Positions 9,503 through 21,358 of a stretch of DNA of 52,188 bases are shown here, piece by piece. The notes below the pieces were generated by a model. That model saw only the letters and a list, made by a program, of their open reading frames with translations. It was not told the origin of the DNA and searched no databases. The DNA comes from Catajapyx aquilonaris (lineage: Eukaryota), in assembly GCA_000934665.2 (NCBI GenBank), contig JYFJ02002706.1:1-52188 (forward strand), written 5' to 3'. Within the stretch, counting starts at the first letter, position 1. Each line of letters opens with the position of its first letter. A program made the translations under genes and the position numbers.

Positions 9503-12212
9503 ATGGCCACTCTGGAGTCTCTGATGGAAGTCTCCCTTCGCAATGAGAAGCTTCTGGAGTGTTTGGTCTCTCGTGTGGACTGGTGTCAGGAGGCCATTGG
9601 AAGGATGGAGGGTTGGATGAAGAAGAAGCGTGGAAGGGAAGGGGCAGAAGGTAGACTGAGAGAATTTTCATGATCATTTAGGAACCACTCTGTAATCATC
9701 GGATATTAATATACAGCTTTGCATTCCAGACGTTGCTTCAGGCCAGTTGCTTCCCACCGAGTTTGTTTCTGTCGACACTGGAGATGCAGGCAGCGAGTCA
9801 ATGCCTGTGGGTAACATTGAAGAGGACATAAAAGTGGAGGAAGAGGATTGGGAACCAGAGCAGGTGATAGACTGAAAATTAAAGTGCCAGTAACCTTTTT
9901 AGTCAATTGAATAAAATGTGTTCTTGCTTTTTAGGGGAGCTGGATTAGGGGTGAAGCAGAGACAGCCAAAAACATCCGTGAAATCGCTTCACTTGTCAGC
10001 AATGTTGATTCAGAATTTACCTCGGCAGAAGTTCATTCCCACGGGATTCAAGGATCAGACGTCCTTCAAGAGGGAACACTGAAGCAGGAGACGGGCATGG
10101 AGAGTGAGTTATGGAGCCAGGTATGGTCATTGCTTGATTACTTGAGGAGGTGGAAGCTAAAAGCGGCTCAATTGACCAAACCTAATTTCCAGGAGAAAGT
10201 GCTCTACTTTTCAGTTTTGGTTTGGTTTGGTGCAAATGTGAATCCCACCATTTCCTCCTCTTGTTATTGTTCCAAGATTAGTCATGTCTAACTAGGTATT
10301 GGTTCATTAGGTGCACTTTTGCTCTTGAAAATTTTCATGGCAGTGCCAGCTCCTAAGGTGCCAAAAGTGCAGATAGCTACTTTTGACTTCCACATCCTCA
10401 CATGATTGTGTAGTGTTTGTACAATGTACAGTACATAATCTTGTAAAAAAAATTATTTCAATTATGGGACAGCCACGATGTAAATGAAGGAATTAAATAA
10501 TTTTTGATAAATCTTGCTCAATATTTTGTTGAATGCTGCAGAGATACTTTGTTGAAAATAATACGTAGAATACTCCCAAACGTGTTAACATTTTTCTCTA
10601 ATGACATATTGAAATAATTTTTGTCATGCTTGAGAGATAATTAATGCACATTGTTTCCATGGAAATGTGGCAGCTGCAAACAAGGTCGAAGAATTAATAA
10701 GGAAGTCATTATGCCAATGCATCATGTGTTGTTACCTCCGCACATTTATATCAATATGGTAGCAGTGCCATATTTTATGACGAGTTTAAAGCAGGGAAAC
10801 AGTCGGCTTGCAATTGTGATGATTATATTTTGGCACTTGAGGAACTCGCTACTTGTGTCAGTTACCTGCCAGATTTCCACTGGTGAATTATTGGTAATCC
10901 ATGTCTGATTAGATTATAATAGTCTTCATTTATTCGTGATTTTTCCGCAGGCCTCCACTTCTGCAACCTGGGAGAACACTGAGTCCATCAAAGTTGAGGC
11001 GATTCCATTAGAGGCAAGTGTTTCACATAATAGTTTAGCACATGGCCCATGTCAAAGAGTAAAAATGAGGATGCAGTTTACTGTAAGTAGTGTGAATAGA
11101 ACTGTTTAGAGAACAAGAGCAGATTAAGTACAAGTTTTACTGAATATTGCAGGTTGATGAACCAGGAAAGACCGAAATCAGTGACCTGACATTGGGTGTG
11201 AATGACTCCAGCAATGAACATGCCCCATCCAGTCACCCAGCTGATGATCCTGGTTGTGGCTCAAGTTGGAAAAATACCCAAAGGAGACAAAGGAAGGTAT
11301 GTTTGTCCCCTGTGTCCGAGTGTTCCAATGTCATAAGTGCATTAATTTGTAAGATTTTGTTGAAAAGTAAAGAAAGACTTGCACTTTCATACATGTATGT
11401 CAGTTTCAGTTTATGTAGTGAATCTTCAGAATTTAAGACATTGTGCATTACTTTTTGATTCAACATCGCATTGAAACTTTGGTAGAATTAGCTGAATTGG
11501 CTTCTATCTTGGATTTAAGGAAGGCCACAGATTGTCATGCAACTAATCCCAACAACTTTTGAATTCTTTGTAGCGCAAGCAACTAATGCAGCCAACTGAA
11601 ACAGAGAGTTCAAACATCACTGATGGCTTCTCTGCTGAGTACCAGGGGACTGCTGGTGCTTTGGATACAGTGAAAGGACAGGAGCTGTCAGGAAAGAAAT
11701 GGCATCAGTGTGATCAATGCTCATATGAAACGCAAGACAGTGCAAACTTCAGGAGGCATAAAATAGGTCACAGAAGTGGTGAAGAGGATTTAGGTTGCAG
11801 TGGTCACGAAAAGCGATTTGCCTCTAACCAATACATGCAGTTGCATTATCATCCTGACCCTCTTGGTGTTGCCGCTTTTTCTTGTGAAGTTTGTGGTAGG
11901 AGGTTTAGTGAGAAGAGCAGTTTGGAGGAGCACAAGCTGACCCACACTGACAAGAAGCAGCATTCATGTGAAATATGCAAAAAATCCTTCACTCATGCTC
12001 GACAATTGAAGTATCACATGGATGTTCATACTGCAGAAAGTAACCCTTGCTCCTATTGTGGCAAAATGTTTCGGTACAGGTCTCAATTGGCTGAACATTT
12101 GAGGGTCCACACTGGTGAGAAGCCGTATTGTTGTGACATATGCGAGAAGAAGTATGCTCGTCGTTCTGGCTTAAATCATCATAAGAAAACCCACATATCG
12201 GAAGGGTCATAG
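9503..12212 (+). CDS. C2H2 zinc-finger protein (five intact fingers plus one degenerate; acidic N-terminal half)
   Basis: Exons 9503-9650, 9730-9863, 9935-10120, 10951-11013, 11153-11296, 11574-12212(TAG); phases consistent if intron 11014-11152 is GC-AG. The last exon has CxxC..HxxxH fingers and an HTGEKPY linker. IKVE motifs occur in exons 2 and 4. The start codon (gccATGG) is less certain than the finger exon. Confidence 0.85.
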
Positions 12213-12480
12213 AGTTGCTTCATGTGTGATGAAACATGTTCCACATGTTAATGCAGGTTGGTGTTACGCCTTCTCAATGCTCCAATTTGTGTCAGAAAAT
12301 ATCTCCTTGCAATTCATACCTGAAAAAAAACATGTAAAAGTCCACCAAAGGCTATCAGTTGTACTTTTAAAGAATGAGGCGAGTTTGAGCAATACCTCCT
12401 TTGTGTTACTTACATTCATTAAAACTTACTTAAACCCATAACCTAACCATGTTGCTTCCTCAGCCAAGATCCAAACTACT

Positions 12481-13205
12481 TAGGGTGGTTCAATGTAGCT
12501 TTATAAGTTTCCTGGGTCTGGCATATCGAGAAAGCATGGACAGTGGTTATGGCTGTGTATATGGCGTATATGTAAAATTAGCCACACATCTCAGGGTCAC
12601 ATTGCATGTCGCTGTTCCAGTATGACCGCATGCGCACCTGATTAATCAACAAAAGCTCGCCACAAAAAGTGGACTCTTGCTCTTCTCATTGATTTTCTGG
12701 ACGCAGGGGAAACAACAATTTCTTTTCCTTATTGCTGAACCTTGGACCATCTGAAATCTGCATTTGTGTCACAATAGTGCAGATCTCCTCACAGTTCCAT
12801 TGGTCTCATTTGTGTGATGAAAATGCCAGCCCCTGCCTGCCCCCAATCACTCGCACTGACCCATGGCATTGCAGATTTCAGTTGCTCATCCTCATTTGGC
12901 CCCGAGAGACTTCCACATACTCTTTCTAAATTTGGAGAAGGTATTGGAAGGTCACTGTTTTCCTACGAACCATCATATATCACATATATCAGTGGGCTAT
13001 CTCCTTATGGCCCAGAGCCATACTTTCTTTGTGGGTTGAGTTTGAAAAGTTAGTGACACATTGGGACAAATGACTTAAAATTGTAGGTGATTATGTTGAT
13101 AAGTGAAGAAACTGTGTGGCTAACTGGAAACATAAATTTATTTTATAGAAATAAAGTTGCTTCAATATGGCAGACCCAGGAAACATATATTGAACCACCC
13201 CCGTA
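12481..13205. mobile_element. Non-autonomous TIR element (MITE, Tc1/mariner-like ends), ~720 bp
   Basis: Left 12483-12536 gggtggttcaat..tttcctgggtctggcatat..aagca matches the reverse complement of 13158-13200 (gggtggttcaat..tttcctgggtctgccatattgaagca). TA dinucleotides lie near both ends. No transposase ORF inside. Confidence 0.7.
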
Positions 13206-14164
13206 CAATAAAAAGCACAAAGAGTGAAAAAAAAAGCTCCTGATTTGAATTTTAAAACTATTTTCAACTTTTAATTTTGATATTTGCAATTGATCATAAT
13301 TATCATGACCTATTTATCCACTTACCTTGCAGTGAAATCAGCACTTTGCACCTACATGTATAAAAATTATATGCTGTAATATTTACAGCCATTTACTTAC
13401 ACGACTGGCTGGTCAGAAGAAAGTGACATTTTAATGTATGGTAACTTTGCTTTACAGGGTGTCATAATGGGTAGGTTTAAAACTGAAACTGTTTAAGTCA
13501 TGAGTAAAATTTGGTGACTTAGTGGATTGATCATGATTAGTGTCCTGCACTTTTAGTGCAAAGAGTAGCATATTGACTGTATGTTTGGAGTAAATTGCTG
13601 ATAAATGTGAACATTGAAATTTTTCACTTGTGAGTTGTGTTGTTTCACAGGAGAATTTTTCCCATTCCATCCTGATTCCATTGTAATATAAGTTTTTCCT
13701 GATACACACAAATGTAGGGTACTTGTAGGACAGTTTCACGTATTTATTATGCAATGAAGGCTCACATGGCTCAGTGAGTGTGTCTGGCAAAAGTTTGAAT
13801 AAAAGTTGCAACCACAACTGACTGCGAATAGCACATTGAGTGCCTATGAAAATGTCACTCCCAATATATTTAGAGAAAAAAATAAACCTGAAAATCTATC
13901 AGCTTCAACCTGGATAATCACATATTAAATGATATGAAGTCATTCCTGTCCTTGAAACTTCTCTGAAAATGTCTAGTAATGGAAAGAATGGGCTGGGATG
14001 CAATGAGTGTTAATCTGAGAAATGTTAACATTTTAATAATAATTGCAATCCAAATATAAAATACAGAAAGTATCTGTACCGTAAATCCATCCCTGTAAGA
14101 AGTATTGTACAGAAACTTGTGTTACAAAAATTATATCCTGCTTCTGACTTCAATAGTTGGCAGA

Positions 14165-16764
14165 TCACCGGAAGAGACTGAACATGCTGAAATGAAGAAA
14201 ATCAATATAAGTCATTGGTAAAATATGAATATAATGTGCATATGGAATTCATGGCTGACCTTGATGTGACCTTGGGCATCCCCCGGGTTGGTGTCCCAGA
14301 ACCCTTTTGTGGGGAATACTTAAGGGCGGCACCAATACTAAGGAAGGTGGACCAGTAATCCACAGATATGGACATAAGTCTTTCAATTACCTAAGGAAAC
14401 AAGAGTAAAAGCACAAATGTCAGTGCATACCAACAATTGTGAAGCAAGCTTGTGGCAATGAAAGGGTCTGAAGTAGCGAGCGTACCTTTTGCTGCTTGTA
14501 CACCTCTTTGGTTATAGTGTCCTGGTCAGGATCAAATGCAGAAAAGCCAACTACAGTGGGTCCAAACACTTTGGCCAAGCTTGAGGCTGACATCTTGCAC
14601 TCAGGGCTATCTGCCACCCTAATTAAAATAAAAATGTTGTACTATATCGCTCAAAAACATAAGAGACGATTTTGCATTGAGTCAAATGCAAAAACGTCTC
14701 ATGTTTTTGAGCGATATAGTACATAAGTAACTAATTCTTCTACTTTGTTCAATATTTTGCACAACAACAAAATGTCCGAATACAGATAATGTAGCACCAC
14801 GCACATTGTGATTTTTGCCTGATTTTAAACCGTTTGCACTGGATCAATGGAACTGCTCGTCCTTACTTTTGCAGATGTAATATGAGGAAAGCCAAGGTGT
14901 CCCTGTTTGGCTGAGGAAGGTCGGACACAGCCTGCATGAGGTCAGCTTCAGAATCATGTGGATCTTTGTTCTCTGCTGCTCTCACAAATTCTCTCCACCT
15001 GATGGTGGTGATGAGTGGCTCCTTGAGGGTGCTCAGGAAGAACTTGACGCAGCAACACAGCACGTGAATCCTAACCCCAGACAGGTTGGGAGTTCCCCGT
15101 CCTCTCAGAAAGCGGTTCCTCAAGGCCTTCACTTCTTGCTCAGGGGCTGGGAAGCGATACAGGGCCCTCTCGGAAAGGCCCCTCTGCTCTATTTCATTGA
15201 CACAGTGCACCACAAGAGCAGGGATCATCGGTGGTAACAATGGTGTGTAATCACCTAACGGCAGCTGTTAGGGAATAAAATGCAGGACATGTAGCAAAGA
15301 ACACGTATAATTTTGGAATATGCGTACCTTGACTCCATTGGTTGCTGAAGTTGTTACGCTAGGTATGCATGGGAGTGTTACCTTTCCTTTGCAAATCCTG
15401 TGGCATGTGGTATTGCATTCTTGGCACCTCAGGACAGATTCAGCCAGTCTCATTCTGAAGTTTTAAAAGGAAAATGAGCGTTAACAGCAAAAATAATGGT
15501 GACAAAATGCTGTGGTGAATTAAAACAATACACACACAGCTTTGTTGTGAAACTAACCTTTTCCCACATGGCTCGCAAACATCAAGACGTATGTTAGTCT
15601 TATCCACAAAAGCATGTGGCCTCTGGTTGAAACTACTCGGTGACCCCGAGTTAATCCTGCGAATCAAAGTAGATGAAGCCCCACCACAACGTGAATTTGG
15701 CACAGGTCTCTTGCAACCCCCAAACTTGCTTCTGCTTGGTAAACCGCTTGGACAATCATCAGATTCAGCCGTATCACTACATGGCAACTTGGTATCACCA
15801 TGCGGATTTGATGTTACATCAGTAGTTGCTGGTTTACGTTTAGGTACGGATGAAGTGGTTGCAGCTCCACCTCGACGTGTGCTAACAACTGCAGAGGTCA
15901 GTATTTCTGTCTCATTCTGAGTAATTTTTTTGGACTTAGTAAGTGTGTTTTGCTTCTTAAACTGTCTTAACCGTTGGCTGTCCAGGTTGTCATCGGAGCG
16001 ATCAAAGCTGAGGTCTGACAGATTGGTGCCTCCGGAGTCACTTCCACCAAATTTTTGTGCAGTCAGGTGAAGGAGAGAGTCGCACATGAGGAGTGCTTGA
16101 GATTTATTATGGCGGGAGGACTCACTGCTATCCAAAATGAGGAGATCCTTCAGCTCATGTAGTCTAATCTCCTGCCAATAAGACATGTTAATATTAATAC
16201 CACTATGAAATAAACAAGATCAAAGTGTAACTTTGGTTTGCTATTATTTTTCTTTATGTAGGTTTGCTGTGGTCAAGACTATACCTGGCCAATTTTACCA
16301 TCAACTAAATTTTGCAACATGGATTACATTATACTGTTAAAATAGTCGTTTTTTGTTGATTAGGTCATGTTATGCTTAAATTTAAAATTATTATCCTTAT
16401 TACCAGTGTCTCACACTTGGTGTCTGCAAGCTTCCGTTTAAGTGTCTCACGCCCAAGTATTCGACGAGCATGTTGCAACTGTCGCTCGTGATTGACTGTC
16501 TTCTTCCCTGCCTCCTTCAGCTCCTGCTGTAGTCGACAGCACTCTTTCCGTGCAGCCATCCCCGCTTGCTGACATTCCCATTGTTTCTTGATAAACTCCA
16601 GCAGCTCTAAAAACACACACACACACATCAATTTGTAAACTTATTGATGAACCAGTTTGCCACTTACCTGTTTCACATGCATCGTAACTGTCAGACGAGT
16701 GGTTGCAGAGGTCATCAAACAATGTCACTACTGATGATGACATCTCAGCTTCACACGAATCCAT
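14165..16764 (-). CDS. RACGAP1: RacGAP1 paralogue C, full length (coiled coil, C1, RhoGAP)
   Basis: Exons 16764-16668, 16606-16404, 16171-15558, 15454-15328, 15264-14867, 14618-14486, 14390-14260, 14186-14165(TGA); GT-AG, phases consistent, start ccgccATGG. GAP exons are 398 and 133 nt, identical in length to copy A. Motifs VVTLFDDL, LSDLSFDRS, C1 HAFVDK..CEPC..CQEC..CHRIC..LPC, ALYRFP, LPQPNRDTLAFLILHLQK, LAKVFGPTVVG. Confidence 0.92.
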
Positions 16765-16906
16765 GGCGGATCATTCACATCTGCAATAACATTTTGTGCA
16801 AATTAATTACTGCATACTGGGCACTTTTCACAATAATTGTCAAAATGGGCCATTTTTTTTAATGTTTAAAAAAATCAAGTGCGGCACAATGTGATTACAC
16901 TTTCAC

Positions 16907-16907
<1 letters not shown>

Positions 16908-16970
<63 letters not shown>
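16908..16970. repeat. (TAA)n microsatellite, ~21 units
   Basis: Directly visible perfect trinucleotide run. Confidence 0.97.
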
Positions 16971-16971
<1 letters not shown>

Positions 16972-17049
16972 AGCACCAAAGCTGACCTGAGGGCGATCTG
17001 ACCAAGTGTGGCGCTTCACCTTTATATTTATGGTTATTCCCCTAGTTGG

Positions 17050-17560
17050 AGCCATTCCCGACAGATGGCGTCAGACTAACCATTTCCAGTCATAACAAGT
17101 GCGCATGCGTTACAAGCATTCCTAGCCTTCCTATTGGTCCAATTCCATGCGACTGGGTGGTGTAAACAGCCCCTCTGGCGGAGAGTGATGGCATCACTTC
17201 TTTTACAGGCGTGGGAGGTGTGGGCGGGAAAAGATTCGGGTTTGTTGTTCTATGATTTCCTAGTGCACTTGGCTCTGGTGGCGGGTTGGTTGCAACGTAC
17301 TGTACAAGAGATTCGGGTGTGTCCTGGGTTCCCTTTGACTGTCCGGGGAGGGAAGGCCGGACGATCACACGGCAGGTGCAGGCTGGGTGAGTCGTGATAC
17401 GCTTGAAGATTTTGCTTACATGCTGTGACATGTCCTGTGCCTTTGGTGGCACAAGCCTGGCTCTTGATATTGCTAACTTAGCAGTACCAGTGTTGGCACT
17501 GGCACCATCTGGCACTGCTAAGTCAGCAGTCACTACCAGTGGGACGGAAATGCCACCCAA
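17050..17560 (-). promoter_or_regulatory. GC/CpG-rich putative promoter or non-coding first exon region of RacGAP copy C
   Basis: Abrupt GC/CpG rise upstream of the copy C ATG. NRF1/Ewg-type TGCGCATGCG near 17100, ATTGG/CCAAT near 17134-17143, and a minus-strand donor-like gtaagc near 17419. Confidence 0.4.
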
Positions 17561-20500
17561 AGTCACATAAAAAAAAAAAATTAGCAATGGAGAACTCATT
17601 TAAAAAAAATCAACTCGGTGTTATAATAGACCTTGTATCCACACTAGAAAATATATGCTTTTGATTGCTTGATAATTTTTATGATCATAAATGCAACAAT
17701 AATAACTTTCATTACACTGTAAACCGCAAAACTGAGCATCACTGGTGAGTCTATCATGAAACACCAATTTTTAATGCTGAAAAATTCGGTGCAAAGTGAA
17801 GAGGCGTAAAACGAGACAAAACTATAATGGAAGTAAATGAGATAGGTTCCAAGATTTCCAAAAAATTACCTCGGACACTATACTTACGTAAATTGCTGAT
17901 TAATGCTGACTATTCGAAACATTTAATATGCACATTTAATGGGAGGTTCCGATAGGTATACTTACAGCATTTTCATCAGCGTTAGTTCGCAAGGAACATA
18001 AATCCGAGAGGAATTACACCAATTTTGCAACCTGCATATACCAAGTTATATGAGCTGGTAGTGACAGAAACACGTCGATGACCTATTTTAAGGATTGAAA
18101 TCATGCTGGTAGGTTTCCACGACCAATAACGTTATCGAGTGGGCATGTATAACATATCCAGTAACATAGACTATTGGTTTCACTGACACAGACCACATTT
18201 CACAATAATGGGTCAGTCACCCTAAAAAGTACATTTACATTATGCTGACTCTGGCGTATTTTTGTGCTGCGTGACTTTTGTGGTACCATTTTATATTCTG
18301 TGCTCATATATAGGGCAGGGTTTCTGTATGTGAGATCAAATTTGTATGGCTAAAGTTATACAAACAAGATTACAGATTCAATTGTTATTCCGTGAAAGGT
18401 TTGGAGTGTCAAGCAGTTCTATATATAGAGATAGAGGGGGAAAAAATTCATATCGTACTATATACCACAACCACAGTGCCTTGAAGAGTATACCACTGCA
18501 TTGTGCATCCACACTGGTGCTCTAAAAAGCGAGCTGCTTATTATTTTGACAGGACCCTTGAGTATTTTCATCCAGGAAATGTCTACTTCTTAGCATACGG
18601 TGTCACTTGCAATACGTTTCCTGCTTCCAGACCATTACACTAATGAGTTCCAATTTTCGTGCCTTGAATGCAGAAGCAAATGAGGCTGTGCCAGAGTTTT
18701 AATGGGAATAATTTAGTGCGTACATATGATACAGCCGAAGTCAGTCAGCCTTTTCATATAGTAGCGTTCGTTGTGGGACGGCACTCATTACAGAGAAAAT
18801 ATTTCGTAAAGAGAATGTTATTTCTTTTCACTATTTTAACGAGACAAATCATATTCTTGCATGTATGTGCATTGGGGGGCAGTAATCGGCATAATCTGAT
18901 GTAATGTTAGTGAAGTACTTTTGTACTAATGTTAGACCTTTTAACTTTTTTTTCCTTCAAATTGGTTACATGTACTGTACAGTACAGAGTACATTTCATC
19001 AAGGGTTTATCCTATGGGGTTATCCGGAAGGTAATCGTCAAGCCTGATCTGCTGTAGTGTCCATTTCGAGAGCCAAACTGGACGGTAAGTCGTAACAGGG
19101 AAGCCCTTTCCAAATGTGAAATTCCGATTTTTATGTGGTAGTATTTCACTGTTGAAATGTACGTTGGAGTCGGTCCCTGCTCTTCACAACATATCCACGT
19201 CAAAACTACTCAACTGGAGAGCTGCATGGACATACTATATCAGCTCGCTGGCAATCAGGGGGTGAGAGTCAGGGAGGTAGAGATCGATGCAACTTTAATC
19301 GCCGGATTTCGATGTGGATTAGATGGAAGAGCCCAGCAATAGATCACTCTACGTTTTTCCAGATCATTATTGGGAAGAATTGTGGGACGCCTGCCTTGAA
19401 GCCCACTTCGGAGATCATGTCGTACTAGTGCTATACACTATAGGAAAGGCTATATTGGCTTTCAACAGTATAATGTCAGAAGTGATTCCACCAAACAATA
19501 ATGCGAATCACGCAGATGACAGCTTTTGTGGTGTATGCTGGTGAAAAAAAAATCGATATGCTTGGCATTCTTGCGCTTTACCACACATGCCTGAAGAGGC
19601 TAAATTTTTGGCATTTTTAAATTATTATTTTTTGCCATGGGCCTGTTTATTTCTTCTTCAGTGAGAATACCCACACTATGCATAACTGAACGGATGGGTC
19701 AAGCACGCAATAGGCGGGTCACCTCCTGGAAAATATGAGACTCTCCGGGGCCATCCGTAAATTTCCGGAAAGCCGCATACATGACTCATACCACGCCTGG
19801 ATTTCCTGCTTTACGAGACTTATGAGATCTATCTTGAATAGGCTTGGATTATCTACGGACTACACCCTGAGCTCGCCCAGCGTATCCCGGAACACGGCGG
19901 AATACCTAAGCACTCGACCGTAACCCCCCAGCTATATACTAGTGCACTCTATAGACTGCCCCGGAGCTATAGCCCGGACTGAAAAAAAACCCGTGTTGGG
20001 AATATAGCATGCCATTACTCAATCGTGATGAATATTTGACAACAGCAGAGCACGACTTTCTTTAAGATAGGATCAAGTTCCTTGGTATATGACCTATAGT
20101 GCAAGATGATAACAGAAATGTTACGAATTTCATAATATAGCAGGCGTGCTGTGAGTAGTCTATTCCTAAGAGCCTGTAATGATTAGATCATTCATTACTT
20201 TAAAATGGAGCGCACATGTACACTTACACAGCTTCAATTTCGGCGTGTGTATAGTTATATCTGTAGTATAAAATTAATATGGGGAGTTGAAAGGATTAAT
20301 AGGGCTTCAGCTGGGGTCCCCGTATAGATTTGTAAAATTAGTGCCATCAACCAAATAGCGCGCTGTCCTTTACAAGCTAATATCAAGTTGTGAATCAACA
20401 TCCATGTCGAATTGATATGTCCGATGCAAAGCGAAACATTATGAAGCGTTTCTTATTTGGTTTATGTTAATCTTTTAATTAACTGTCACACCGCCTCGCA

Positions 20501-20819
20501 TGAACCTACTCATATCAAAATTTCATTACACAGCATACTCCACGTACTGTACGTATATGCCTCATACTACACTAAATCAAATACATGTAATCCGCATCCG
20601 CTCAGGGGCAGCTATAACATTCAATGAACGTGTTCATAATTCCCATACGGTTTTTAAAAACGTATAACCAGTATATTAATCCGGCACCCAACTGATGGCA
20701 TGTACACCCCGCTCTAATTGAAGCAGTTGATAATTTTTACGCAAAGTGCATCTCCCATGCTAATTTACACGCATGTGGAGGAATCGCATTATTTTGATCC
20801 CATGTGTGTGTGTGTGTGC

Positions 20820-21358
20820 CTCCCCCCCACACGTGCGCTGGTCCCAGCCGGTGCTTCTGCTCAAAGTGTTGCTATTTGAGGGAGTCTTGGGAGATCAATA
20901 GCACGGTGTGTGGGACGTTGCCACGTCGACAGTGCGCCATAAGGCGCCATCAAGCATTATTGGCAAGGGACAGCACCAGTGGACAAGTTCCTTCTGGTCT
21001 GATCCGACTGGGGGTGTTGAGACACAAGAGTAGGGCCAGAGAGGGTCTGGTTGGCCCCAGGGGCGGCCCCTTGATCGTCGGCCATGGTGCTGCCAGCTTG
21101 TTGGCGCAGGCGCCAGAGGATGCGCCCTGTGGCAGGATTCAATCGCGAGGAGCGTTCCTCCAGTTCTGGTTCTTCTTCGGACATCCTCCGAGCGAGATGG
21201 CCCTGTGCGTGGGCCTCACACGCTCACTGGTGACAATTTAGTGTACACCACCTTCTTCTTCTTCTTTAAAAAAAAATTGGACTCGTACGGGAGTGTAGTG
21301 TCGTCGTTGTCGTCGTCGCAGGGGGGCTCCCGATGTCCGGGTGCGTCGTGAGGTGAGT
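20820..21358 (+). other. GC/CpG-rich segment ending in a perfect splice donor; candidate first exon of an unidentified plus-strand transcript
   Basis: AG|GTGAGT at 21352/21353 closes a GC-rich block. A possible short coding start ATGTCCGGGTGCGTCGTGAG (MSGCVV) precedes it. No matching downstream coding exon was identified. Confidence 0.3.

Noticed and set aside
9213..9677. 154-aa minus-strand ORF
   Set aside because: Antisense shadow of the first coding exon and 5' region of the zinc-finger gene.
13453..13463. TACAGGGTGTC, resembling a Tc1/mariner terminus
   Set aside because: No matching inverted partner found at a plausible distance.
17090..17599. 169-aa minus-strand ORF upstream of copy C
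   Set aside because: No recognisable domain; it lies in a GC-rich promoter-like block where long chance ORFs are expected. Copy C already has a good ATG and a homologous N-terminus.
18330..18355. TGAGATCA, the bantam miRNA 5' sequence
   Set aside because: Only the first 8 nt match and no precursor hairpin is evident.
19012..19544. Short ORFs with protein-like composition and a faint resemblance to a Tc1/mariner SPDLxP motif
   Set aside because: No continuous frame, no convincing DDE/D motifs and no flanking TIRs.
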